Below, in pieces: positions 46,000 through 57,329 of a DNA stretch of 57,329 bases. Origin of the DNA: Spongospora subterranea f. sp. subterranea. Lineage: Eukaryota. The notes beneath the pieces are model-generated. The model saw only the letters and a list, made by a program, of their open reading frames with translations, was not told where the DNA came from and ran no database searches. Position numbers and translations under genes: made by a program. Each line of letters starts with the position of its first letter. The first letter of the stretch is position 1. The DNA lies in NCBI GenBank assembly GCA_049724395.1, contig JAUGWO010000071.1, positions 62,001-119,329 on the forward strand, in the 5' to 3' direction.

Positions 46000-46255
46000 A
46001 CGTTCAGCGTCAATAGAGTTGACGGTTTCACAAGTTCACATCTCGAATATGAAAATTGAAAAATTAGGGCCTTTTTTTTACCGATATCAGTGTACCTTAG
46101 AACCTCGGTCCAAACCTTCCGCCAGAGCCTTTTTGAGTTTGGACCAAGGTCCGTTTTGAGCGGCGGAGCCTCCTGGAACCGGCCATGAACTATATAAATA
46201 TGGCGTAGGGCATGTCAGCCCTCCTTCCAGAACGCACAAATACCAATTGAACGAG

Positions 46256-47215
46256 ATGAGCGCAGACAGTTCATTGGTCTCGATGGCGACCGACATGAGA
46301 TCAGCTTTAGAGGCGTTATTTTATAACGAATCGTCAAGTGATTTAGTTGTTCGTTTGTCGGAGTCCAAGTTTTATGTGCACAAAGCGGTGATGATGCCGA
46401 CCTGCGCGATGATTGAACAATGTGTGAAATGGCCCCAGGACGATACCGATCACGGATCGGGATCACGAGCACAATGTGATATCGTATTACCGGATCTCAC
46501 AGTACCAGTGAACTTGTGGACTGTGCCACTTCCACCTTTTGAGGCCAATCGCCTGTTTCGCTTGTTCGACCTGTTCCTTCGAACAGTTTACGGTCTAGTG
46601 CACCCGTCGGAATATCAGTCTGTTCAAGACGTGTTCTCAGTGTTAATAATCGCCAATTACATGATGAGCGATAAAGTCAAAGGGCGTTGCGAGCTTGACC
46701 TAGTAAAGCGGATCGAAATGGATCTATCGAATGTTCCGGATTTGTTAGTGTTTTGTCGTAAATATAACCTCTCTGATTTGAGAGAACAAATACTTCAATA
46801 TGTTGGGGCAAATCCAAATCTGTTCGACGTCTATAAACATATACTAGTCAAGATGGAGATTGAGGAATTTTTGGATCTATTGGCGCTCACGAAATTCGAC
46901 CCATTAACCAGACACGAAGTCCTATTGAAATATTGCAGTCAAGTGAGCCCAGATATTCACAATATCCCAGAGAACGGTGACATCATTATTACTCAGAGGG
47001 ATAGTCTGGAATGCCTTATCAAAGGATGTCACATTCTATCGAAATCCTGGACAACGTGGTCGATTATTCGCCAAATTGGTGAACGCACAAGACGCATTGT
47101 AGTTAGTCTTGAATCTGGCCCAGACGATTCGCATCTAGAATTGTTCCAAGTTTTGGTAAATCAAATGTACACCATTCCCAATAATTGCCCTAGTTGCCGT
47201 AAGGCCGTTTGGTAA
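46256..47215 (+). CDS. BTB/POZ (plus BACK-like) domain protein, paralog 2, intronless
   Basis: Colinear and closely similar to 42410-43333, with a 3-codon insertion (LFR) and a C-terminal CPSC extension. TATATAAATA lies at 46191. Confidence 0.88.
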   Translation: MSADSSLVSMATDMRSALEALFYNESSSDLVVRLSESKFYVHKAVMMPTCAMIEQCVKWPQDDTDHGSGSRAQCDIVLPDLTVPVNLWTVPLPPFEANRLFRLFDLFLRTVYGLVHPSEYQSVQDVFSVLIIANYMMSDKVKGRCELDLVKRIEMDLSNVPDLLVFCRKYNLSDLREQILQYVGANPNLFDVYKHILVKMEIEEFLDLLALTKFDPLTRHEVLLKYCSQVSPDIHNIPENGDIIITQRDSLECLIKGCHILSKSWTTWSIIRQIGERTRRIVVSLESGPDDSHLELFQVLVNQMYTIPNNCPSCRKAVW

Positions 47216-48219
47216 TGCTGCTCTTTTCTTGAACACCAATCGCCAAATAAATCATTAATTCATTCCAGAAGAGGCAGCTTGATCGACAGCATTCGTCTGA
47301 TAAAATTTTTTTCTCAATCAATCCCCTGGACATATGGCGTTAACCCATTTGCTCGTGCTCCTTCCCCAGGTTGTACAATTCCTCTCATCCTCTCATTTCT
47401 CAATAGGTCCTGGAATGGGATCCCCACCGAACTAATGTGGACCTTATTCACCAATCAAAACAACTCTCGTTCGAACACGTTGGTCGGGATCAATTTGATC
47501 TTGGTCATTTCAAAACACGATATGACATAGATCGCATATACGTCAGATACCGCTCAACAATTCCCATAATCCAGTTTGACGTCATCTCCGACTTTTACAG
47601 CACGATTATGGTCAACATTCCGAAACATTTGAAGACTTGTCAGACGGTGACCTGATTGTTATTCTGGTGCTCACACAGCAATCAAACCCTGTGAACTGAC
47701 CATGTTTAACGCCATATCAATCATTATGTCGTTGTGGCCTTCCAACTCATGAGCAAGAAAACACAACAGGTATAGAGAGAAACAATGGGAAGACCAACCT
47801 AGAAATGAAAACCCGTTTCGAACCTGGCGACGCTTGTTCATAGATTTATTGTTTCGCAAAAATAAAATGGAATCGACATAATATAATATTCGATAGTGCA
47901 TGTTTAGTGTGAGACCACAATTGCAATGAAATAAATGACAGATTAGCCCGATCCAGCATATGAATGCCCAAGTTCACCTGGCCGGCAAGCCTTCATCGCT
48001 GGACATCGTCTGTCTTCGACTGAAATTCGCGATCGAGTCGACGATCCTGAACCCTGATGAAAACAGCCAATTGGCTGGATATCCAGCGCAAACAGATTCC
48101 CATGACCACAGGAACGGAACTGAAATTAGGATCAACATTGTGAGTCTCTATTCCGAACTCAAATACGTAAACTGATTCGTCATGTTCCCTGACTGCATGT
48201 TCAGAAATTAAAACACCCG

Positions 48220-48583
48220 TCGTGGCGATTCGCTGTGGTGGCGCTACTGACAGCTCTCACCGGCTAGATGTCGCTATGTCGACCATGGCAAGGCAACAGA
48301 TGCCAAGAAGGAATGCTGGCGATTACGCCGACGGTTGGCATGCCTCACTAACGCTAACCAAATGCTCGGGTCCTAGATGACTTTGCCGACAGGGCGCCGA
48401 CGTCATTCGCAAAGCTCTGATTAGCGTTAGCTGACCCACTATAACGTTCGGCGTAATCGCCAGCACAGTTTTGTGGCTTTCTTCAAGGCATCTGCTGCGA
48501 ATGACGTCGAATTGCCCTTGTCGACATAGCGACATCTAGCCCAAAAGTTATCAGTAGCGCCACACCACAGCGAATCGCCACGA
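48220..48583. repeat. 364-bp segment bounded by about 64-bp imperfect inverted repeats (48220-48283/48520-48583); MITE-like or fold-back
   Basis: TCGTGGCGATTCGCTGTGGTG...GCTAGATGTCGCTATGTCGAC vs GTCGACATAGCGACATCTAGC...CACCACAGCGAATCGCCACGA. No target-site duplication seen. Confidence 0.85.
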
Positions 48584-48634
48584 GAACTCCATGGACAAAC
48601 TCTAACTGGGGCTGGATATGTTCGCTATGGACGT

Positions 48635-50407
48635 GTGGAGATTAGCGATGGACCAGCAATCGTGTCTGTTTTATTGACATTGACGTTTTCCAGTTGGGAA
48701 ACCATAATTCATCCTGTCACGCCCGATCCCACAACTCTCGCGCCAACAAAATCTGGTTTAGTGGGACATCAGGCAGTGAACAACTCGGCGAATTCTGAAC
48801 GACTCATGATCAATGTCGAGAAACGTCTACAAGAACTACAGGCAGACGTCGTCGCCACAATACAGGGAATTAAAGGTTTGAAAACCAGGTCCCACGAACA
48901 GCAAAGTCCTTTAGGTGATCAGGTAAAACCCTGTAATACTTGTCGTTATGAAGGCCGTTTAGCGGATACCTAATCCCAAGAGATAGGATGATATGGCAAT
49001 TAGAACCAGAAGATGGTGCCACTCCCGTTTTCGCCTAATCACGGCCACATCCTCAACCACTTCCCGAGAAAACTGACCGGAACTGGCGACGTAATTTCTC
49101 AGTTTACGTTCACGATGGGCATTTCCTGTGTGATGGTGCCGAAATCTGGCAATGATCGGCGTTCGTGTGTCGACGCGAACACGCTCGAAGCCCGAACCTG
49201 CAACAAACGAGTGCTGTTTGAATAACCCAACACCTTTCAACTAACTCAGATTCCAATCTCCATCTCCGAATTGCCATCATTGCACACAGCGGCCTATCAT
49301 GTCATCAAGCTAAAGAGCCAGCACTCAAGTTTATCGAATCAATTTTCTGGTTGAAAGACATGAAGGAAGTAGTTTGAAGCGCAGTTGAGCGCTGTATTCA
49401 CTGTGTTCGCCAACGTGGGAAAGTTGTTCCAACACCCTTTGGCCATGCAATCCATGCATCCAGACCTAACCAGGTCATTCACTACGATTGTTTATTCATA
49501 GGAAAAGTACCGAAAAACCATTCACATTCTTTCGAGTACGTCCTGGTGCTAAAAGACGATCTAAGTCAATTTATCGAATTGAATCAGGCGATCATTATGT
49601 CACAGTTCATGGACTCATAGATTGGTTTAAGCGGTTCGAAATCGTCTTTACCCGTGTGTCGACCAAGGGACACACTTTAAGAACCAAGTGGCGTTCCGAT
49701 TTATGCTCAAGGCTGCACATCAACCATCATTTCACCACCGCTTATACTCCCTGGTCATACGGATCAGTAGAAGTTGTCAACAATCTGCTCCAAATATGTT
49801 CAACGTGCCTTATTTCCGAGTTCCGATCATTGTTTCGTGATTGGCCCTGTCTCCTACCATTAGTCAACATGACCGCGTTCGCTCCCATATCGGCTACTGG
49901 CCCTCTTCACGATTATGACTGGCCTGCAACCATCTCTGCCTTAATCTCAGCCAATTTTATTGAACGATTGGATAAGATTGCTGAAGTTCCGTTAACTCCA
50001 GATACAATAAACGAGCTGACATGCGAGCTTATGGACGCATGCGATCGTATTCATCAACATGTCGAATCTAATGTACCGATTCAGCGTCAACGATCACACA
50101 CGACACAATCTAAACGCCGACAAGTTATTCCTATCAATATCTGTATTGGCGATTACGTCCAAATTGCATCGAATCTTCATCGAAAAAATGAGAATAAACT
50201 TCGTGAAGCGTGGAATGGACCTTCACATCTCGTATTAACCGTTAATGACCATGTGTACCAAGTACAGGACTTAATTACCAAAGCCATTGGAAATGTTGAT
50301 GCAGTACGACTCAAACTGTTCGACTATTCCAGCCGACGACTCAAACAATTCGACTATTACAGCCGTCAACCTAACTGATGAGCTATATAACCAAGTGGTT
50401 CTCAGGT
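48635..50407 (+). mobile_element. Degenerate Ty3/Gypsy element A: possible gag remnant and integrase
   Basis: CIHC zinc motif, PFGHAIHASRPNQVIHYD, YVLVLKDD, DQGTHFKNQV, HHFTTAYTPWSYGSVEVVN and the GPY/F-like WNGP motif, with frameshifts. Confidence 0.85.
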
Positions 50408-50702
50408 CGCGTGTTCAATTCCTCTAATGTCCACAGCATTTTTGGGGTCGCTCGCGGCTTACATGTAACCGGCATGGGGGTTGCCTTATATACCCTTTCG
50501 TGGGCTGACTTCCCCGCCTGACTGGAGTTCTTCGTCTCTCTCTCTCTCTTTCTTCGTCTCTCTCCTCTTTGTTCGTCTCTCTTCTCTTTGTTCACCTGTC
50601 AGAGTTGAGGAAGTCGCACGGGGGCTGGAGGTCAAGGTGGTCTACTCCTAAACAGGGGGATACTGTGGCCTTGTGCCATCATAGTACCTTTTGGGTCAGT
50701 TG

Positions 50703-50833
50703 GGTAACTGTGTATCTCGGGCGCAGTTCCTAACAGGTAACTGTGTATCTCGGGCGCAGTTCCTAACAGGTAACTGTGTATCTCGGGCGCAGTTCCTAAC
50801 AGGTAACTGTGTATCTCGGGCGCAGTTCCCTAA
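50703..50833. repeat. Four tandem copies of a 33-bp unit equal to the inverted 5' tip of the element B LTR
   Basis: GGTAACTGTGTATCTCGGGCGCAGTTCCTAACA x4. Its reverse complement matches TGTTAGG(G)AACTGCGCCCGAGATACACAGTTACC at 51138. Confidence 0.95.
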
Positions 50834-50906
50834 AATGTGGGCTGAATGTGTGCACATTGATGGTCAACAGAGTTGTACGCGTTCTGGAGGTCTAGGAGAA
50901 TGTAGC

Positions 50907-51137
50907 CCCAAAGCCCTTGCTCGTCGTGCTCGTCTGGAAGGTGATGTTCTGCCTTTTCAACTGGGCGTGGGTACTCCAGGTGGTGTCGAGCCAATCGTAT
51001 GGCAAACCCATCAGCAAGTCTACGGTGACATTGCACAAGACGGAAGCTACATTCTCCTAGACCTCCAGAACGCGTACAACTCTGTTGACCGTCGCCATCT
51101 TGCCCGCAATATGCACACACTCAGCCCACATTTGTTC
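50907..51137 (+). mobile_element. Non-LTR retrotransposon reverse transcriptase fragment (CRE/SLACS-like)
   Basis: FQLGVGTPGGVEPIV...LLDLQNAYNSVDR...SPHL is typical of CRE-clade RT subdomains 2a-3. Confidence 0.78.
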
Positions 51138-54100
51138 TGTTAGGGAACTGCGCCCGAGATACACAGTTACCAACTGACCCAAAAGGTACTAAGATGGCAC
51201 AAGGCCATCATTCTCGGGTCCTTATCGAAATATTGATTGGAAAATCCTCGGTCCTTTAGTCGTTTAAACAAGAGTACCTGTACTTGGTACACATGGTCAT
51301 CGGTCGCACCCCGAACAACCAGTGGAGGATGTACTCATGATGCCGACGAGTCAGATGATGTCGACCAGGAGCCGACAGTTTGCTCACCAGCTGATTATGA
51401 TGACGGATCCATTACTGGAGCCGGACGACATCATCTGACTCGTCGGCATCATGAGTATCATCCTCCACTGGTTGTTCGGGGTGCGACCGATGACCATGTG
51501 TACCCAAGTACAGGTACTCTTGTTTCAACGACTAAAGGACCGAGGATTTTCCCGTCAATATCTCTCTTCCTTCCTTCTCGCTCTTCTCTTTGCTCTTCTT
51601 CCGTCCTTCTAACTCTTCTATCCGCGCTTCCTCGACATTCCTCCCCTCACTACAGTATATAGCCCTAACAGTTTGATCGAACTACAATTGCAAGGGATGC
51701 CGCCAAGAACACTTCGGTCGCACCCCGAACAACCAGTGGAGGATGATACTCATGATGCCGACGAGTCAGATGATGTCGACCGGAAGCCGACAGTTTGCTC
51801 ACCAGCTGATTATGATGACGGATCCATTACTGGAGCCGGACGACATCATCTGACTCGTCGGCATCATGAGTATCATCCTCCACTGGTTGTTCGGGGTGCG
51901 ACCGATGACCATGTGTACCCAAGTACAGGTACTCTTGTTTCAACGACTAAAGGACCGAGGATTTTCCCATCAATATCTCTCTTCCTTCCTTCTCGCTCTT
52001 CTCTTTGCTCTTCTTCCGTCCTTCTAACTCTTCTATCCGCGCTTCCTCGACATTCCTCCCCTCACTACAGTATATAGCCCTAACAGTTTGATCGAACTAC
52101 AATTGCAAGGGATGCCGCCAAGAACACTTCGGTCGCACCCCGAACAACCAGTGGAGGATGATACTCATGATGCCGACGAGTCAGATGATGTCGACCGGAA
52201 GCCGACAGTTTGCTCACCAGCTGATTATGATGACGGATCCATTACTCTGGAGTCGCTTCATCGTCAATTGTTGCATCTCCAACAACAGCAGCTCCCTCGA
52301 CAACTCGAAACCTCCGCTTGCAAAACATCGATTTCCAGTAACGCACCTCTAACTTTAGAGTCAATTTACGGGGAATTAAAGGAGCTACAACAACAACTGT
52401 CGAGACAGGAAACCCAAGAACCTTTTTTGCCTCGAACCCTAGATTTACCGAGACCGCCCACGTCAGACGGCGACGTTTCTAAGTTTTGAACATGGTCGGC
52501 CCAAGTGGAGACTACCTCAAATTTATAACCATACGTTCGCGACCGACACACTGCGAATTGGACTTTATACAAGTCTGATGACGGGGCTGGCAGCAGATTG
52601 GCTGGTTCCCAGATTGTTGGAAAACTCGCCAATTCTCCACAATCTCGAATTATTCTTGCTGACTATCAAAGGTTCTTTTGACGATCCCCATCGTCGTCGC
52701 ACTTCCGCTAGGGCCATAAGAGCGCTGAAGCAAACAAACTGTGCGACATTTACCGAATACGAAACCCAATTTCGTTTTTTTTTGCAAGGAATGTCGACTG
52801 GTCTCCTTGTGCACTCATTGATCAGTTCCGGGAAGGTTTATATGCAGACATAGATGATTATGTCAACGTCTTAGAGGATTGTGGAGCTCTTCATGCAAAT
52901 TCATCCCTGGACGAAGTGGTCACCGCCGCGAGCCGCTATGTTGCTCGTCGGAAAGAGCGGCCTAATCAAGGGCATTGGACACCAGGAGTTTCATCCCGAC
53001 AAGGCGGAGATGTCAAGCGTTGCGGTTATTGTAAGCTTGAAGGTCACTACCTGCCCGCATGTCCTAAACGACCTCCGATACCACCGGGCTCGATTGCGAA
53101 CAACAACCTACCCACTACACAATCATCAGGAGTAAACAAAAATTCACATTATGGCTTCCTCGTACCATGCAAAATCAGTTCCGACACATCAATCTCAACG
53201 GACGCGCTGATTGACATTGGAGCGGCATCATCCTTCATGTCGGATCACATTTTTCAAACCTTGGGATTACAGAAGGTCGATTGCCAGATCCAATCAGAAT
53301 TTTTACGTTCGACGGCACAGCTCGTACATGCGATTTCATCTCCGAACCCATTGAAATTCAAATTTGCGGAATCTCTTGTCAACACTCTTTCTATATTCTC
53401 GATCGATCAGCATACGACATTATCTTGGGCTTCGACTGGCTTCAAGTACAGAATCCTATATATAATTGATTGGAAAGGCGGAAAGATAGAGTGGGAACCG
53501 AGGATAAGGATTATCAAAACCTCTCCGTTGTATCCTTCCTTGCATTGTCATTAGATAACATGTCCGATCAGTCCAATATGTCGATACAGACGTACCCCGA
53601 CTATTATGTCGAATACTCGGACGTATTTTCTAAAGCTGACGCTGACACATTACCTCGTCATCGCCCATATGACTGCTCAATCGAATTGAGATCAGACTGT
53701 GCACCACCATTTCGACCGATCTACAGGTTGTCACCAACCGAAACGCGGGCACTGCAGGACTACCTCGTTGAAAACCTGGCAAGAGGGTTCATTAGACCAT
53801 CGCGGTCACCCTGTAGTTCACCGGTCATGTTCCAGCCTAAGAAGGATAACACCCTGCGCCTTTGCGTTGACTTCCGGCGAATCAATGAAATGACGATCAA
53901 GAATCGATATCCACTTCCTTTAATCAGCGACATCCTCTACAACGCTAGCGAAGGTTCGATCTTTTCCACGCTCGATCCCAGGGGTGCATATACTTTGGTT
54001 AGAATGAAAGAAGGACACGAGTGGAAGACCGCTTTCAGGACCCTTTCGGGTTGTTCGAATACTTAGTCATGCCGTTTGGACTAGCAAATGCACCTGCATG

Positions 54101-55080
54101 TTTTCAAAACCTTTTCAGAGACATCCTCAAATAAGCTCGTGGTGATATATCTAGACGACATTCTTATATACTCCCGTTCCATACCTGAACACATTGAGCA
54201 TGTTTGCATAGTTCTGGACCGGCTTCGCACATTCAAACTATTCGCGAAAATGGAGAAATGTCTTTTCCATGTGAAGCAAGTGGAATTTCTAGGTTATTTT
54301 GTGTCTTATAACTCTCTGATGATGGATTCTAACAGAGTGGCGACGATGTTGGAATGGCCCCAACCTCAAACGGTTAAACAGGTTCAATCGTTTCTGGGTT
54401 TTGCTAATTTCTACAGAGAATTCATTGCTGATTTTTCCGGAGTAGCACTGTCTCTGTATGCACTCATTCGCAAGTCTCAAACTTTTCAATGAAACGCCGA
54501 CGCCGAAGCTGCCTTTCAGCGTTTAAAGCTTGCGTTCACATCAGCACCAGTTTTCAAAACATACGACCCAGACCTCTCAATCGTAATCGAAGCCGATGCA
54601 TCGGACTATGCCCTCGGGGCAATATTATCCCAGTCCCACGATGATGGCGACCACCCAATTGCTTTTTTTTTTCGCGGAAGTTGAGTTCCGCTGAATTAAA
54701 TTACGAGATTTATGACCAAGAACTCATCGCCATCGTTTCCGGTTTCCAACTGGCGACATTACCTGCAACGGCGCTTTCGTGCCTATCACCGTCTGGAGCG
54801 ATCATAAAAACTTAGAGTGGTTCATGTCGTCTAAAATGTTAAATCGTCGACAAGTACGGTGGGTCCATGCTTCTTTCAGAATTCACATTTCGAATCAGAC
54901 ACCGCGCGGGTAAATTATCTGCCAAACCTGATGTACTATCTCGTCGTCCAGATTATCAACTCATCAATCAAGATCGGGTTACGCGGGCGGATCTTGTCAC
55001 TACCATCTTTGTCAATAGTCTGCTTTTTGGACGAACAACACCGCCTCCCAGTCCGGAATTATTGGAACGTTTGAAACGGC
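51138..55080 (+). mobile_element. Ty3/Gypsy (Tf2/sushi-like) element B: rearranged 5' LTR and frameshifted gag-PR-RT-RNase H; integrase missing
   Basis: LTR termini TGTTAGGG (51138) and CCCTAACA (ending 51670 and 52085). Gag starts at 52112 with knuckle CGYCKLEGHYLPAC. Protease ALIDIGA, RT LRLCVDFR/KNRYPLP/YLDDILIYS, RNase [16 protein letters not shown] and SDHKNL. Confidence 0.95.
51301..52247. repeat. About 415-bp tandem duplication (2.3 copies); each full unit contains an internal hairpin of the gag 5' end
   Basis: CGGTCGCACCCCGAACAACCAG recurs at 51301, 51715 and 52130. Confidence 0.95.
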
Positions 55081-55090
55081 TGAGTACCCC

Positions 55091-55592
55091 CTTGGTACAC
55101 ATGGTCATCAACGGTTGATACGGGATGTGAAGGTCCATTCCACGCTTCACGAAGTTTATGCTCATTGGTTCGATGAAGATTCGATGCAATTAGGACGTAA
55201 TCGCCAATACAGATATTGATAGGAATAACTTGTTCGGCGTTTAGATTGTGTCGTGTGTGATCGTTGACGCTGAATCGGTACATTAGATAAGTTTGAGACT
55301 TGCGAATGAGTGCATACAGAGACAGTGCTACTCCGAGGAAAAATCAGCAATGAATTCTCGGTAGAAATTAGCAAAACCCAGAAACGATTGAACCTGTTTA
55401 ACCGTTTGAGGTTGGGGCCATTCCAACATCGTCGCCACTCTGTTAGAATCCATCATCAGAGAGTTATAAGACACAAAATAACCTAGAAATTCCACTTGCT
55501 TCACATGGGAAAGACATTTCTCCATTTTCGCGAATAGTTTGAATGTGCGAAGCCGGTCCAGAACTATGCAAACATGCTCAATGTGTTCAGGT
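55091..55592 (-). repeat. Two fused inverted copies: 55091-55288 copies element A integrase (50066-50262); 55289-55592 copies element B RT (54183-54484)
   Basis: Minus-strand peptides QVIPINICIGDYV...WNGPSH and MEKCL.HVKQVEFLGYF...FIADFS duplicate the plus-strand ones. Confidence 0.95.
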
Positions 55593-55908
55593 TATGGACA
55601 AGGTCATGTAGTCGGCGATTGTCGAGACATTCGCCGCCACAGCAACACTGGTGACATTGAAGTGCAAGTGATGTGGAGTGGATTTGAAGCCCAAGATACA
55701 ACATGGGACCCATTCGAGAACCTGAAATTTGATGTTCCCGTTCTTTGAAAAAATTCTGACAGGCCCGACCAGACCCGTTATCCACTTCACCCCACATGAA
55801 CATGATTTAACCATTACGAAGAGGGAATGTACAGAACTGCAAATTTGTGCAGGGTCCGGCTGACTATTAGGTTGGCAATGTAAGTTTCTAGGGCTGCATT
55901 TCTGTACA
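55593..55908 (+). mobile_element. Chromodomain, polypurine tract and very short 3' LTR-like end, probably of element A
   Basis: EVQVMWSGFEAQDTTWDPFENLKFDVP chromodomain. A GAAGAGGGAA tract is followed by TGTACAGAACTGCA...TGCATTTCTGTACA (55828-55908). Confidence 0.8.
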
Positions 55909-56831
55909 TTGACCCACAGCCGTATTCGCGGGTCAGAGAAGAAAACTGGCTAACTTGGGTATGGACAGTGAATTAATGGCGCTATGAATGCGACCCGGTG
56001 CCCTGGATGGTTGTGACTGTAGTGCCACATTCACAAACCTGTAATGAGGGTTTTGTGGGTTGATTGCATCGATCCTACAAGCAATGCCTATAGCGTATCT
56101 TATCAGTAAATCAAAGTATTTAAACATTGCCTTCTTTCTTGATTTTTTATGTCTAGGTACAGGCAATCAGTCTGCCGTCAACGCCATCTATCCAGTCAGT
56201 TCCCTATAACGATTACATCTTTAAATATATCAAGGAGAGAGAAATGTTGGAATTAAATCCGTAATTGCCTATTTGATGATTCGCTTGAGGAGCGAATTCA
56301 AGGTGATCAGCATTTTGTTGAAGCCTATCACGATGACGATGTTTTCCCGCGCTGCTGATGAACCGTCTTTTCCTGTGATTGCCGAAACAACCGACTTTCA
56401 GACAGCAGAGTTAACAACGGTGGTTCTCGCATCCACTGGGTGTCATTCAGAGGATTACACCTTGCTCAATCTCCCTGTTGAGGACGATGAATGTTCCGTT
56501 TTACACGAAACTCAACCAGCGTCGGTGGTCGTTCGTTCATTCAACGCTTGGATCGTTGACATTTTGCAGCGATTGACATCGACAATGGGGAATACTGGAT
56601 TACTGACTCAATCGAATGGAATAATCTGATCGCGATGAGACCGGTATCGTATCGCAAATGACTCATATCGGGATCAACACGATTCAGTCGCTGTCCGTAG
56701 TGGACATGAGTCACGTAACGCAGATGGCGATATGTATCGCCACCCAAGTTCGCCGGCATCACTTCCGATACATTCACGCATCATTTACCCTTTTGAACGA
56801 AAACGACCTCGGATAGATTGATTTGGTTTCG

Positions 56832-57329
56832 ATGGCGACCGACATGAAAAACGCATTGGAGGCGTTATTCAATAACGAATCAACAAGTGATTTAGTTGTC
56901 TGTTTATCTGAAGGGGTCAAGTTCTATGTGCACAAAGCGGTGATGATGCCGACCTGCGTGATGATTGAACAATGTGTGAAATGGCCCCAGGACGTTGCCG
57001 ATAACGGATCGGGATCACAGCACAATGTGATATCGTATTACTAAGGAATACACAATACCAGAGGCGTTTAAACCTGATCAACCTTCACCTGATGACGCCA
57101 ATCGCCTGTTCGGCCTGTTCCTTCGAACAGTTTCCGGTCTAGTACAGCCATCGGAATATCAGTCTGTTCAGGACGTGTTCTCAGTTCTGGATGTAATACT
57201 GGCAACGCGTAATCGCAACCTTGTCAAAGGCCTGCAAAATTGACCTGGTCAATCGGATCGTGATGGATCCGTCGAACGTTCTTGATTTGATATTGTTCTG
57301 TCGTAAATATAACCCCTTTGAGGATTTGT
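56832..57329 (+). pseudogene. BTB/POZ paralog 3, frameshifted; runs off the window end
   Basis: Same N-terminus as the other paralogs. A 1-nt deletion near 57018 gives a stop at 57042-57044 and a second indel lies near 57045; nucleotide homology continues to the edge. Confidence 0.8.

Noticed and set aside
50703..50833. 33-bp repeats as a CRISPR array
   Set aside because: The units are contiguous with no spacers, the context is eukaryotic, and the unit is the inverted LTR tip.
51237..52077. ORFs of 141 and 134 aa as novel repeated genes
   Set aside because: They are read-throughs of rearranged gag, antisense gag and LTR sequence.
55933..56629. Short ORFs between the LTR-like end and BTB copy 3
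   Set aside because: No recognisable domain; probably decayed repeat sequence.

Overview
This is eukaryotic nuclear DNA from a compact, intron-rich, probably flagellated protist, with GT-AG introns mostly about 35-70 nt. A plasmodiophorid/Rhizaria-type genome is plausible, but that is inference. From about 1.8 to 38.8 kb the window is a gene-dense core: a class I sirtuin fused to a ZPR1-like module, AMPK/SNF1 alpha, an SLC25A44-like carrier, two Sfi1-like Trp-repeat proteins, PWP1, WDR31-like, FAM227/FWWh, PP2A catalytic subunit (with a 6-nt microexon), TBL1-like, a 7TM-RGS, a coiled-coil protein ending in a myosin-I TH1-like domain, and an atypical non-prenylated Rab-like GTPase. From about 39 to 57.3 kb it is an accessory zone with three paralogous intronless BTB genes (one frameshifted) and a scrambled nest of Ty3/Gypsy and CRE-like retroelement pieces. 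The most striking unexplained pattern is repeated short fold-back (inverted) duplication, mostly of transposon fragments, at seven or more places. This could be a hairpin-RNA transposon-silencing arrangement, replication template switching, or partly an amplification/assembly artefact. All family calls come from motif recognition by eye; no database searches were run.
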